From assembly GCA_964106915.2 (NCBI GenBank), contig OZ066916.1: a stretch of DNA of 64,000 nucleotides. The stretch is one strand, 5' to 3'. Positions within the stretch are counted from its first letter, which is position 1. Each line of letters opens with the position of its first letter. The notes beneath the pieces are model-generated. The model saw only the letters and a program-made list of their open reading frames with translations. It was not told the origin of the DNA and ran no database searches. Below, one piece after another: positions 38,340 to 51,641 of the stretch. The translations under genes were made by a program, and so were the position numbers. The stretch is from Podarcis gaigeae (taxonomy: Eukaryota).

Positions 38340-38450
38340 AGCATAACAAAAGACCTGCTGCATCAGGACAAAGGGGCATACAGCTCAGTATCCTGTTCCC
38401 ACAGTGGTCAAGCAGATACTCATCGGAAGCCTGCATGCAGGATCAGTGCA
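38340..38450 (-). mobile_element. CR1 3' UTR fragment
   Basis: Similar to the UTR part of 25545-25740. A plus-strand copy lies at about 46665-46835. Confidence 0.6.
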
Positions 38451-39439
38451 GCAATCTTCCTTGTGAATTAATTTCTTTAACCAAGATTATAATATTGTAT
38501 ACAATTATATACTAGTTACTGAAAAATTGAAACACATCACAGTAAATTGTTGTAATTTCACAGCCTTCTTTCCTGATACTAGGGGTAGGATCCCCTATTT
38601 TCCATTTCCTCTCTTTTCTTGCCATGGTTGACAGCTGCCATTGGCTTTCCTGACAAACTGTTGAAACAAAAAAATTGCTTTACATTTCCGTCTGTGAATT
38701 AATGTGGAGATCAGGTCAGCGTCTGCTTCAATATTTCTTACTGCCCAAGGGATAGGATAGTACTAATCAAATCTGGAAATATACCATCACCAGAAATCGA
38801 ACATGGCATGTTGGTCTCATAATGCCACTGTCACATGAGTGCTTACAAATGTTACAAAGTTGCTTTGTGTACTGTAAAAATTGGCAGAGAAAATAATTAT
38901 CCCAGTAAAAATGGCTTTTAAAAAGCAATGAGTAAATAAATACATATATTTATATGCAGTGGGGTTGCTGTTAGTCAATTAGATTTGGCAAGATGATGAC
39001 ATCACAGATGATAAATAAAGCTAAGGGGGCAATGCCCCTATTCCAAATAGCTTCAGTTGACTGCAGTGACATCATCACTTAACCAAATGTGATTAACCAC
39101 ACCATGGCCTCACTGTTTCCAGAACGAAAAAGGTCACTACAAATGGGACTGAAGCAATAGCTATGCAAATCTGTGACTAGCGGCAAATTGGCTCAAAAAT
39201 TGTGAGTGTGTCTGTAGCTCTCAGGAAACTTTTAACTTCATCAAAAAGTCCCTTTTTGCACTAAAATTCAAATCCTGAATTCAGCACAGCAATCTTCTGT
39301 ATTGTATTTTTATGTATCTTATTTAGCATTTTGCCTGCTTAAATGTGTAGAGGTTCTCAGTGCACCTGACCTCTAGCTGTAAGAAGCTCTTTAGCATGAA
39401 AGAGCTACTGGTCACAGGTTCACAGTTTTTCTCTGCCAT

Positions 39440-39610
39440 GAACTTAACAGATGGCCTTAGGTGAGATACTCTCAGTCTCCCTCCCCACTGCCTTCCCCAT
39501 TCTGGATAATGATACTGACCTGATGCAGCTTTTGCAAAGATTGTGGCAATAATTCATGTGAAGGACTTTGAACACTCTAAAATGCTATATAAATGTCAGA
39601 TATTATTATG
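39440..39610 (+). mobile_element. MIR-like SINE remnant
   Basis: CORE-like CCTTAGGTGAG..CTCTCAGTCTCC..TTCCCCAT..ATAATGATACTGACCT and an L2-derived tail TGTGAAGGACTTTG..TGCTATATAAATG..TATTATTAT. Confidence 0.65.
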
Positions 39611-39626
39611 CTGAAAACCAAATGTG

Positions 39627-39629
<3 letters not shown>

Positions 39630-39670
<41 letters not shown>
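39630..39670. repeat. (AC)n microsatellite
   Basis: Seen directly. Confidence 0.97.
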
Positions 39671-39674
<4 letters not shown>

Positions 39675-40328
39675 CAACCTGTATCTTCTTTAGCATATGA
39701 AATCCTTTAAAAATTGTTTTCACTTAAAAAGTAAGTGGTATAAGTTTTGTAGCTATCATACAGAACCTATTAATGCAAGAAGTGCTGACAATAACAACAA
39801 AACAGGCATAAGCCAAGCTAGTTTACTTCTGATTAGAGGTAAGATTTTATTCCAGAAGTCTTCTAAAGCAGAAAAAGCTGGGGGGGAGGTTATATTTACC
39901 TAGGCTATAGTTGTGCAGGCCAACCCTACAAATGTCTACTCAAAGGTAAGAACCTCTGAATCCCACCAAGAGCTTTCGTCAAGCATTTATCCTGATTTAC
40001 TTTCAAAGCTTATGTTGAGGTTAGATATGCTTGTTCTTTTTAAGGATTCATTCCAATTTGTTTGTAGATAAATTAATGAGTGTCATTCTTTATACACTTG
40101 CATGACATCCATACATAGCACCTTATGGTGAAGGGAGGGTAGGTGATAAAATAATAACAGTGCTTCCTGTCAATCATTAATTCACCTCAAACTTTCCAGT
40201 GCATTTCCTCATCACTTTCCTAACTGCAAAAAATGGATTTGTTGTGCCTGGGTGACAGAATGCTTTAATCCACTTTAATTGTGCAAACTGTACAACTGTA
40301 CATTGTATGTACATTTTGCTTCATAATT

Positions 40329-40380
40329 TTCCTTCCTTCCTTCCTTCCTTCCTTCCTTCCTTCCTTCCTTCCTTCCTTCC
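40329..40380. repeat. (TTCC)n microsatellite
   Basis: Seen directly. Confidence 0.97.
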
Positions 40381-43300
40381 AGCTAAGAATATGGGGCCCT
40401 CTTATAGACATGGATCATTGTGCAGTTGCTCCAAGTACACCATTATAATCCAGCCATAGAAATACAAAAAGGATTGTGGGACAAAGAAGATCGAAAATGC
40501 AATCATATGTTCCTCTTTCTTCATGGGGTAAGCTCTCAGCTTCCTACCTACTTTGAGCGTACCTTGAAATAACAAACAATTTGCTTTCCTAATGGCTATT
40601 TGTTTATTGCATTTGTTACTTTAAAAAAGAGGAAGCTAGATTTATAATTACAACACAAAAATACCTTTAAAAGCCCTTCTGATTTAGCTCACTGCAGTCA
40701 GTTTAAAGATAGGCATTTGAACAACTCTGGGGTATCTTTTTCCCTTTAGGAATTTCTACACAAGAGAAGAACAGAAGCCACATATTGAGGGAACAATCAG
40801 AGCCATTTGGGTGATTGCATTTCTAGATTTGACAGGCAATTTTGGACATGACCATAAACCTCTATATTTTATTAATCCATTCTCTGCAGGATGGGATTTC
40901 TTTTTCAGAAAACTGTGATTACAACTGCAGACCTACTTTTTCATATCTTTTTGTCTGTGGCACTTAATATGCTCACAGTAAGACACCATGTGCAGCCAAT
41001 ACACCCATGGGCTCAAATACATTGCTTCATTGAGCTGTAGCTTGGTTCATTCAATGGTTTTTCAATCTCTTGGTGAATTTGTTAAATAAAGCGTGCAATC
41101 TTTTCCTTATTTCCTGCTTTCCTCCCATCCCAATATAGCGATAATACAGACAGCTGCTAATACTTTAAATATGGAAGCTTTTCTTTTGAACAGTTATTAC
41201 CGAGAAAGCCAGCCTCAAATGCCATTTAATTCTTCTGATTGCTTAACATGGCTCTGTAAAACAGGCCATCTTAGATGTTGTGATAGTTATAATTGAGCGT
41301 AAAATTCTCTGCAAGGATAATACAGTAGGTTACTGGGATTCGTGAGGAGTTAGCACAAGATAAAGGGGTCAATGAAGGGTGAGTGGAATTTGATAGGATG
41401 CCCAGTATAAATATCCAGATGAAACTACAGCTAGTTACTCAGTTCTTGATATCATGCCTTGACTGGTGGGGGTAGGAATCCCCCTCCATCAGGCTGTTCA
41501 AGGCTTTAAATAGTCATTCATAATAAGAATTGTGATAGAATGATATGATTTCACCACACAGAAGAAACAAATCTGACAGCTGAAAACAGGCAAGGTATTA
41601 ATCTCAGAACACCACATAAGGCTTTCTTTTCTTCCCATTCTGCAGTAGGAACAAAACCAGCTTCTCTTGTTTTTATCCCAGCTCAAATGTCATTGCTCAG
41701 GGAAAGGGTGATGAAGGAAAAGGAGAGAGAGAGAGGATGAGATGTGACAGGAAAACAGAAAAAAATGGAGCCCGTTTGTCCCTCTCAGTCTGCCTGAGGC
41801 CTAACATAGTAGACGGCTTCACAGTGATTACATTCAGCCAAAAGAGCCCAACAGAGCAGCTTGCATACTGCATTTGATCATATATCATGTGGGCATAACT
41901 GAGTGGAAAATTTCACAAAGTACAGTCTCATCACTGAGCGAGGCAATTATTATGTTTTTTTGGTGTCGCATTTGGCCTTTGATATTTTCTGACATGAGGA
42001 GTAGAAAGGGACAACTCTATTGTCCATAGCAGAATGGGTCTCTGCTCCAGTTTCTTTGAAGAAACCACCTTTTGGCACGTGACACATGGAGTCAGGTTTC
42101 ATTCTCTTGGAGAACTCTTTTAAATACCACTATAAGGTTACAAGGGCTAATTTCCCATTCTGACATTCCTGGAATGGGAACATTATTGGAAGAGGACTCT
42201 CAGCACCCCAATTCATACCTTATGCCAACTGTTACCTTTTTCTTTTGCCGCCGCAGAAACCTATGTACCCTGACTTTGGTGTAACTCCCACTGAACTAAG
42301 TAACTTTATTCGTTTTCAACAATAATAGATTAAGTTTATTTTAACATCAGTTAAACGAATATTATAGGGTGGATTAAGCTTCTATTACAGTTAAACCACT
42401 GGGTTTATCACAGTATATTTTTCTGAATAAATTCTGTTGGCCTTCATCCCTAGTTCTGATGCCATAGCAGACAATAGAAAATCTCTAATTTCCAAAGGGA
42501 AATAAAAACTTCCCAGATGCTATTTAAGAGCCCTAGAGCACCATAAAGTAGCCTTTCCGTTTATGTTGCACAAATTTACCAACCAAGATTATTTGACCTT
42601 ACTTTTGTAGGGTACTACTAATCATGGATTAGTTTCAGACATTTCACCTGTATGGGCATTTGCCTGAATGCAACTGAACTTAAAGTGGTGCGAGCACATA
42701 AGCCACAAGTCCACCAGTTCCACTTCAGACCTTACTGTGTTGAAAAGGAAGTTCTGAGGGGAGATTCTAAGTATGTTCACCTAGATGTCCTTAGAACCCC
42801 CTTTCAGAACTTCTCTCTTAATAGATGAAGGTCTGAATTTGCAATGGTGTGCATGGGGAAATTTGGATGAGGACTGTGAACACTGTCCTGCCCCCTTCAA
42901 TTTTTAGCCTGAACGCATTCACCTCAAATGTCTGAAAACAAAGCCTTTATCCTCTCCCTATCCTTTCAGGATGTCCAAAGCTCAGCTTACATATTTCCCC
43001 AGGGAAATATTCGTGCCTATGCTGTCTCTTCATCTAGAGTAGACACATCTTCCCAAAGGAATAGTTTTGGATATTCTTTGCATGCAATCTCAGGTTCCCC
43101 TCATTTCACTTTTTTTTTTAAAAAAAAGAATGGAGCTAGTCCTATCAACATTCTGAAGATGGTAGACACTTACAAGCATGTAGGAATTCAATTAAAAATG
43201 TCTTCCAATTAGAAATATTTTTCTGTCTTTGGAAGATCATACAATCTGAGCATTAAGCACCACCATTAACCCAATATAGCTCTCCCCCACTTTTCTAGTT

Positions 43301-44145
43301 AATATATCATTTTCTTTTTGTTATGTGGAGCTTGGATAGCTCATTTCCTATTATTATGTTCTTTTTCACAATGAGTCCTACTGACAATTTGCATAATGTA
43401 ATTGTAAAGCAGGACCAAAGGTAAAAAGAAAAGAAAAGTCTAGGTGTCTCTGATTATGTGGAAGAAGATATTCACATATATTAAAACAGAATTGAAAGAG
43501 CATGGCTTTTTTCTGGTTGCTTAAAAGTTAGGATATAGATGATGGTGAGATCATGGTAGATTCAGATATGACTTTTTATCCTGGGCTAAGTATAACTATC
43601 AGTATAAATTGGAAATTTATATTGAATGTCTTTCAGAGAACAGATACAGACGCTAAATCAATAGAAATGTTTTTAAACCTGACTTAGGTTTGATCTTGTT
43701 GTCATAATAGATTTCTCCCTAAAATAAAAATACAATTGCACAGTTGTTATTGTTCTTATTTCATTTAAGGTACATTGAGTATTTTGCTTCTCAATGAGCT
43801 TTAACTAAAAGGAACTTACAGGCCACTTAGCAAATATGGTGATTCATGGCAAAAGTTCAGATCCAAAGCACCATACACTCTTGCATTAACTTGAATGTAA
43901 GTGGTGCACAATAAGCATGCAAATGTGGATCAAAGACTATGCAGCAGGCCAGGTTCTTATCTGCCCTTACTCCATGGGTCAGCTTTGACAGGTGGGCAGG
44001 GCCACCCACCTGACCATCATCTGACATCATAATGCTAATGAAGTATTTAGCTGAGTTGGTAGAGCATGTCGGGCAAAAGATTCCTGAATTTCAAGGGTTT
44101 GGACTAGATGTTCCTCGTGGGCCCTTCCATGATGTCAGGTGATTG

Positions 44146-44149
<4 letters not shown>

Positions 44150-44184
<35 letters not shown>

Positions 44185-44193
44185 GGGGGGGGG
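44150..44193. repeat. (GT)n microsatellite followed by poly-G
   Basis: Seen directly. Confidence 0.96.
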
Positions 44194-45363
44194 TCCCGTC
44201 CACTGGACAAAGTTGGCCCATGGGTTGGGAGGATTGAACTCTACATGCATCAGTTGATGTGCAGAGTTCAATCCTGCTTTCTGAGGTTGGGAGAGTTCTC
44301 CATGGGGAAGGTGGTCTCAAACAGGACCAAAGGCTAGAGGAAAAGACTTCACCATAAATAAGTAAAATAAGTGTATTGTGGAATCTAGTTGTAGATGACC
44401 CTGGAAATCTTGGGCACATATTTAAAACTGTCTGACTCTTCTTGTTTTCAAGTCCAAATTAGGGTTGAGCTTTCACAGTTGTTCTCCCTCTGCTTTGTTT
44501 TATAGTGGATATAATATTAATCACCTTAGAACACTGTTACCCTAATAGCGAAAAGGGAACTATGATTTGTTGTAAGGAATGCTTTGCAACTCTATCTATC
44601 CCTTTCTCATTCATTTTAATTGCAAGGCAATATTTTACATTATTGGATAAGGAAACTTTAGGATGTTTAATTATTGAGCCTATAAAACTACTTATGTTGT
44701 AATAAGGTTTGCCTGGGTATGTATTCAGGTTTGCAGTATTTATGTGTAGGTATTTGGATATAAACTAGGCAGCTCTGCCCCGTTCTGACTAGTCCTGCAA
44801 TTCTTGTTTCCTCTTGGTGTCTCAGTGCAGCCTCAGACAACCTCCACTGTTGCCATTACCATACTGGAAGTTGTACGGTACATGTGCAGTATGGTTACCC
44901 ATATAGAAACAATAAATTTCATAAATGTACCAGAAACAAAGGGTGGGACACAATGTGGTACAAAGTAAGAGTGGCTTTGAATTGTCAAAAAATATAAGAA
45001 TGGGGTTTTTTTTGAGGGTGGTGGTAGTTCTGAGCTTATCTTAATCTGCATCCACAAGGTTTTTTTAATGGTACACAGGTGATATAAAGTACACAAAAGC
45101 CCTATTCACACATTTACTCACACGAAGCAGCAGAAGTGGGGTGATGCCTCTGGCTCCACCAGTAACATTTACTGTGGGGGACTTTGTGTGGACAGCTACT
45201 GATGCAAAGCTATCCCTTTTCAGACTCCTGTGTTCAGCATGGGAAGGCCATGGGAAGCATGGCAATAGGACATAATTTTGAGGATGGGGCCATTGCTACT
45301 ATGTGTGAGTGTCCTGCATAAATGCATGAACAGAGCTAGAGTTAAAATGGACTCAAAGCAGGT

Positions 45364-45527
45364 ACATAGATAGGAAGCTGTCATACCAAGTCAGACCATA
45401 GGTCTTATCTAGCTCAGGATTGTCTACACTGACTAGTAGTGGCTTTTCAATATTTCCGGCAGGAGATACTGGGGATAGAATCTGGGGCCTTCTGCATGCA
45501 TAGCAGACACCCTGCCACTGAACTGCA
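45364..45527 (-). mobile_element. Squam3-like tRNA-derived SINE
   Basis: Reverse complement has a tRNA-like head (CAGTTCAGTGGCAG..GCATGCAGAAGGCCCCAGATTCTATCCCC) and 3' end CAGTGTAGACAATCCTGAGCTAGAT..TGGTCTGACTTGGTATGACAGCTTCCTAT. Confidence 0.78.
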
Positions 45528-48500
45528 ACTTAGTGCATCCATCAAGGTTTTCTCCCAGGGTTTAGCCTTAGGGAGCTGAAATGAATACAATATGGAGTTT
45601 CCCTTGGCAGCTTACCTATGCAGGCACAAGAAACCAACTGCTGAAGAACCATAGACAAAAACCTTCCTTTTTGAATCCATTAGTAGCTATTCCTCAGAGT
45701 GTGCTCCCTTCCTTCTGTCTGGGGTTATATCATGACACATGGGAGGCAGAAGGAAGTGGGAAGAGCAGCTTCTGGAGGGCAGGAGGCCCTCGTCTTTCAA
45801 ATCTCAAGTCCCACTGACACGGTGGGAGCTGAAGGTGCCTGGTACCTTGCAGGACCGCAGCCCTTCAGAACGGCATATGATTAATACATGTTATGAATAT
45901 CTATTAAATGTTACAGCAGGTTGGTGACACTCAGCCGTATCACTCATTTATTACGAGCAGCTCTTCAGTTCTAGGCTGAACAGGGGGTGAGAGAGCAACT
46001 GCACTGCAGTCTTAGATTGATGACACTTCTAAAAATTGTCCAAGCATGTGTGCAAAAATCTATCAAAATAAGAGTGTAATAAATGAGAAGGTAACTCTTA
46101 CTGTGCACAAAAGCTGCAATCATGCCTCATTTCTCCTCCTCTATACATGGGGAATAAACAATAGTCTACATAGGTAAATAACGATCTTGAAAGAAAAGAT
46201 GGTATAGAGGAGGAATGGCACAGCCGTGTCAAGAGTCGCTTCTTTGTCAGGGTCAAGTTCTCAGCCTGGTGTGAGGAGCTGAACTGTAGCCACATCCAAA
46301 TTGGGCTGTTAGAGGATTTCTTGCCTCAGGCCCCTCAAATTAATGTGAATAACTTCCATTAATCAGCAGGGAGCTATTCTGAAGAGTTAACACTCTGTAA
46401 TGAAGGTTGTGGTCCTGCAGGACAACTAGATTGACAATAATGGAGAAGAGGCTGGGTTACTTACACCTGTCAGCAAGATCATTATGAACCAATATTGTCT
46501 GCTAGGCTGGGTACATGTCATATATTGAAAGCATATTCTCCTCTCCCCAAGAATCCTGGGAACTGTACTTCACCCCTCATGGAGCTATAATTCCCAGTAC
46601 CATTAACAAACTACATTTCTGAGGATTCTTGGGGTTGTGCTTTACATGTTTGGTATTTGCACAGCCCTAGTCGTGATGTTTATAGATCATCTCCAGAATC
46701 AGAGACAGCATGCCTCTGAATACCAGTTGCTGAGGAAAAACAGAAAGAGAGGGCTATTGCTCTTGTATGCTGCTTGTGAGCTTTCCATAGCCATAGGTCT
46801 TTGGTCTGATCCAGCAGAGCTCTTCTTGTGTCTTTAGGGGTGTTTCAATATCAAAGCATCTTACCTATGTTAGATAGCAGCACTGTACTAGTTGGTGCAT
46901 GAAAGGATTGTGGCACATTTGCAATGAAAACACCCTCCCAAATCATTACCAGCCAGTCTCTTTGAAAACTTGAGATGATCTTTGGAAATGGTAATGGTTT
47001 GGAAGAAATGTTGTCTGGATTCCCTGCAATAAATGAATAGTGTCAAAGCCAGTTTGATGGGCTGCTACACAAAGGCTAGTGCAGAAACACTCAATTAACA
47101 CGTTTAGCATGGAACTGTGCACTGCTTGGTTGCCAGTTTGACAGTGTCATTTAATAGGCAGCATATGTGGCCTTATGCTGTACGCTTTTGCCATGGCTAA
47201 AATGGAAGAAATAGATCTTCACAAGCAATTTAGCACAGCAGAAGGAAGGAAATGTAGCTGTCTGGCATTTGTTTTCATTTCTGAATCTAATTGCAATAGA
47301 TTTTGGACTAACGACACAGACTGACATTCATGTTCTATACGTTTTGCAAAAACCTGACATCATTGGGGAAGAAAAGCTACAATGGTTTTTATGATTACAC
47401 ATGATAATACACACATAATAAAATACCTTTCTAAATAAAGCTGATCTTGCCTTTGACCATTAATGCTGTAGTGCAGGAGTGCAGGGCTGAGAAATCTGTG
47501 GCCCTCTATGTAAGGGCCAGCCAGTATGGCCAATGGTCAGGGACAGTGGGAGTTTGGGGTTCAATAATATCTGCAGTCATGTGGGCTTCAGCCTCACTTT
47601 ATGCTGATGGGAAGAAAAGGTGGGAAAGGGAGTGGCAGAGAGACAGAGAGAGGGAGGAACAGAGGGCAAAGGGGATGACTTTGGACTCAGTTCCTGCCCA
47701 CCATCTGCATTAGGACCCATCCTCCACTGGCATGCAGACCCTGACAATTATCTCAAGATAATGCAGTCCTTGATGGGCATGGGGGAAGGTTCCCTACCCT
47801 GCTCTTAGCAAGAAGCTATGTTTGATACACTTGAAATAGCATACCTGCTTAGTTTTGGCATAGTTTCCCCCACTCAGTTACATTTGTCCCTAGACTGCAC
47901 CACTGTGCCTAGAATGCATATTATGTCACTGAACCCTCTCTGGCATACAAAGTACCTCTTCCACACATATGTGGAGGAAAAGGGATTTAGCTTATCTGTC
48001 TTGGTAAATTTTAGTTTTCTCTTTGCAGATTTTGTCTATCCAACAATCCATAGCTTCAAGTGATAGAGCCCCGAAACAGGTTTGTCACCACAGTGAGAAT
48101 ATGCCTTTATTTCAATACAGGCGCATTTGTTTCCTCTTTAAACAGGGCTTCCCTTCTTTAATGCTGCTATAAGATTGACATTAAAGGAAAAGCAAGAAGT
48201 AAAATAATCATTTTCATTCATCTGTTTGGTAAAAAGACAATTAAATAAATGCTCTGGCTGATGAGATCTAAGTACTTACGCTTCTTCATGATGGAAAGTG
48301 AACACCCACTTCAGATTAATATTTTGTCGTGCAGAATGAATGTAAAGGTGCATCAATTTGTCTTTACTGTCTGTAATGGAACAAAACTCGTTTGATCAAA
48401 AAGTACAAAACCTACATTTACTAAGCATTTTGATCCATTGCCCCTCTGCCTATGATGAACACAGTATTTAATTTTAAATGACTCAAATAGCAGAATAAAC

Positions 48501-48629
48501 ACCTCCTGGGTGCAATTTGTAACCATTTCCTGTAAATGCACACGCCAGAAATATAAGCATCCATTTGTATGCTTGAGTCTTGCCCATTGTGGCTAGTAAA
48601 ATCTAGAAGAGAAGGCATGGCTGGTTGGG

Positions 48630-48940
48630 CCAAGGAGCTGATTAATATCTCCTTGTGTGAGGGGGCAGTCCCAATCCACGTGAAAAAGGTGCTAATAAGA
48701 CCATTCTCTGGATCTGAATAATTATAGACCAGTCACAAATGTTCTCTTCCAGGGCATGATTCCCAAACAGGTCCAATCACTCTGAAATAGATGAAATTGA
48801 TTTTCTAGATCCATTAATCGGGTTTTGGCACTGAAACTGTCTTGGTCACTCTGTATGATGAACTTGTATGATAAGGCACCTGTTGATTCTCCTTGGTCTC
48901 CCAGTGACTTTTGATACAATTAATCATGGCATCCTGGAGT
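48630..48940 (+). mobile_element. L2-clade LINE RT fragment, degraded
   Basis: Broken-frame motifs NYRPVTN, GTETVLVTL and FDTINHGIL, typical of LINE RT (NYRPIS, STETAL, FDTVDH.IL). Confidence 0.75.
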
Positions 48941-48969
48941 GGCTGTCTGACCAGAGTGGATGCTGCTGC

Positions 48970-49110
48970 TTTGCAAGAACAAGACTTGCTGAAGCAGAAC
49001 CAACATGGTTTATGCAAGGGTGAGTCCTGTCTCACTAACCTATTAGAATCCTTAGAGATTGTCAACAAGCACATAGACAGATGTGTTCGAGTTGACACTG
49101 TGTACTTGTA
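48970..49110 (+). mobile_element. CR1 LINE RT fragment
   Basis: NQHGLCKGESCLTNLLESLE.V...D....VDTVYL matches CR1 QHGF.KGRSCLTNL..F...V....D.G..VD.VYL. Confidence 0.88.
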
Positions 49111-51641
49111 TGAAGTATACTTGAGTTCTGCACCAGATATGGGGTAATCCTGAGTGAATCAGGATTCCTCTTTGTGTGAAGGAGCTTAGCACATGTGTAT
49201 GACCCCTTCACACAGCTGCTGAATGCACAACAGACAGGGGGTATAGCAGGTGGTTGTATCAGTCATGGAGGATGGGACTAGCTATCATGTTCCTTCAACA
49301 ACATCACATGTGTTTTCAGAATGTGAAGCAGATCACCTGAAGGCCACTTACCACATCAAAGCGAGCTTCTGTTTTCCATGCTTACCTCGACACTCAAAAT
49401 ATCTCATTGTAGTTGCTCACATTCCAATTAAATAGTTATAACAGCAACAGCAACAACCACACTGATGTGGTGAAAATAATCTAAAAATTCATGGTGAGTT
49501 TTACATACCGAAAAATAACTTAAGTAACTGGCCTGAACTGGTTAGTAATTGCAGGAGTTTGCAAAGCTTTTGTTTGAAGCTTGCTGAATAGTCTACTAAG
49601 CGTGCAACAATAAGTAGGAGTTTTATTTTTTCTGGGCTTTAGTGAGCCCGTTTCACACCTCCATGTGTAACTCTATGGAGAGTGAAGTTACTTCAGAAAC
49701 ATGGCAACATCATATGATTTTGTTGCAGAAAAAAATGCATTTATGTGGTGAATGCACAGGTCTATTGCACCACAAAATACATGCCAGTATTTTTCCAATG
49801 GAATAGTTTACATGGGATACATGGGAATTTTCCTACATTTGTTTATTTGAGTCACGTTTGGCTTCCTCTTCATTACATTCATTCCCAGAATGGGTTGAAA
49901 CATACATGGAACGCATATATGGCATTGGTGTTTGTATATGGCAGTGATGTCAGGCCTGAGACGTCTCCCTTTCTCTGTCCCTCTTCCTCTTTCTGAGCTC
50001 TGGCCTTCAAGTAGCTTGGCCCACAAAAGTTTAGTGGACTTGGTCTAGAAGTTGGCCATCACACCGGTAGAGTAATAAGGACCTTATTTCTATACATAAC
50101 CTTCACCCCCATCTATTTTTGGAATGCCAGAGAATCAATATGTTCTACCCAGAACCTTCTTATTTAAACCATCTTTAGGACGCTGGTTGTTCAATATCAA
50201 TTACAGCTCTTTTGCTTCACCTGGGAAGAATAAGAGATGAAAATAGTGTCTAGTTGAGCAATTACTGGGCTATTTTGAAAAGGTATGTTGACGGCCCTTT
50301 TAATATTTAATGGAAGTCATCACTGGAATGCAGACTGGTTATCAAGATATCAACCATCTAATAAATCAGTTACCCCCCAGCTGGCATCTTTTAGGTGCAT
50401 TACTCATCTTCAGCAAGTGTAATTGAGGATAAAAAAACGTAACACCGATGGAGGCCTCTTCTTCATCTTCAGAACTCTTGTTTTAATTCTTGAACCGTCA
50501 ATGGAAAGAGAATCTTCTCCATTTAATTGCACAACTGTTGGACATCTTAAGAAGAAAAAGCCCTCCAGTTTAGTTGAATTAGGGTTGTGTGTGTATATGT
50601 AAATGGAAAAGTCCTGTTAAAATAACTACCAAATTCATTGATTGTATTCCTAAAAACTTAGATCTACCAAACTGTTTTAATAAATTAATTCAAAACTAAT
50701 GATGTAGGATCAGTGAAGTTTGGAGGTGTCAGCTGAAAAAAGAAGATGTGCTCTACAATAGAGCAAAGCCATACAACCCATATCACCTGCTCTAAGTTTC
50801 TGGATACCAGCAGTAGCCCATACAGTAGCCTCCATATATTGTTGGACTACAACTCCCATCGTACCTGGCCACGTTGGCTGAGGCCAATGGAAATAATAAC
50901 TCAGCAATGTCTGAAGAGCACCATGTTAGCTATGCTAAAAAATATTAAAGCTCCCTAAGCAAACATGCCACTATAATTCCTACTTGAGGCTAATTCATCT
51001 TGAAGGTTAGTTTCAAAGTTTGTTGAAATAGTCCCAGCTGCTTCAGTTCTATCTTCTTTTTCAGAAGAGCTTTGACATTTGAGGAAAGCATTGCATTGTC
51101 TTTTTTCGTCTTTTCCTCCCTGGGGTTGCCTGTTGCTTCTGGGAACTCTTTCTTCTGTTTAATGAGATATTTCTTGTCAGTTGCAAGGAGTAACCTTGAT
51201 GATACCTTGATCTCTGTGTCTGTCTCTATATCCTTTTGTTGTTGCTGCTGTTGAATAGTGAAGATTTTTCCCAGAAATCCTTCCCTGTCATAGAACCTTT
51301 CTAGAGTGTCAAGGATTGACTTCCAAACATCTGGTGGTCATTGATATTTTTGTTAGCAAGACATCAATGCTTTTTAACCTGACTATAGAGTATGAACTTG
51401 GATGCAATCCCTGGAGCTTTGGAGAGAACCCCACTTCCTCCTAAACAGTTTTCTGAGTAATTACATTTGAATATTTTTAAACATATGTGAATCTCAAACC
51501 AATGTTTGATTGTTTGACAAATAAACATCAAGGCTTCCAGGGTACTGACATGGAGCTCATAGCACAGGGAGTGCACGTTTATTGACATTGAAGGCTCCTC
51601 ACTTCCATTTTGTTCAAAGGTTCTGAAGAAAAGTGAGTGCA

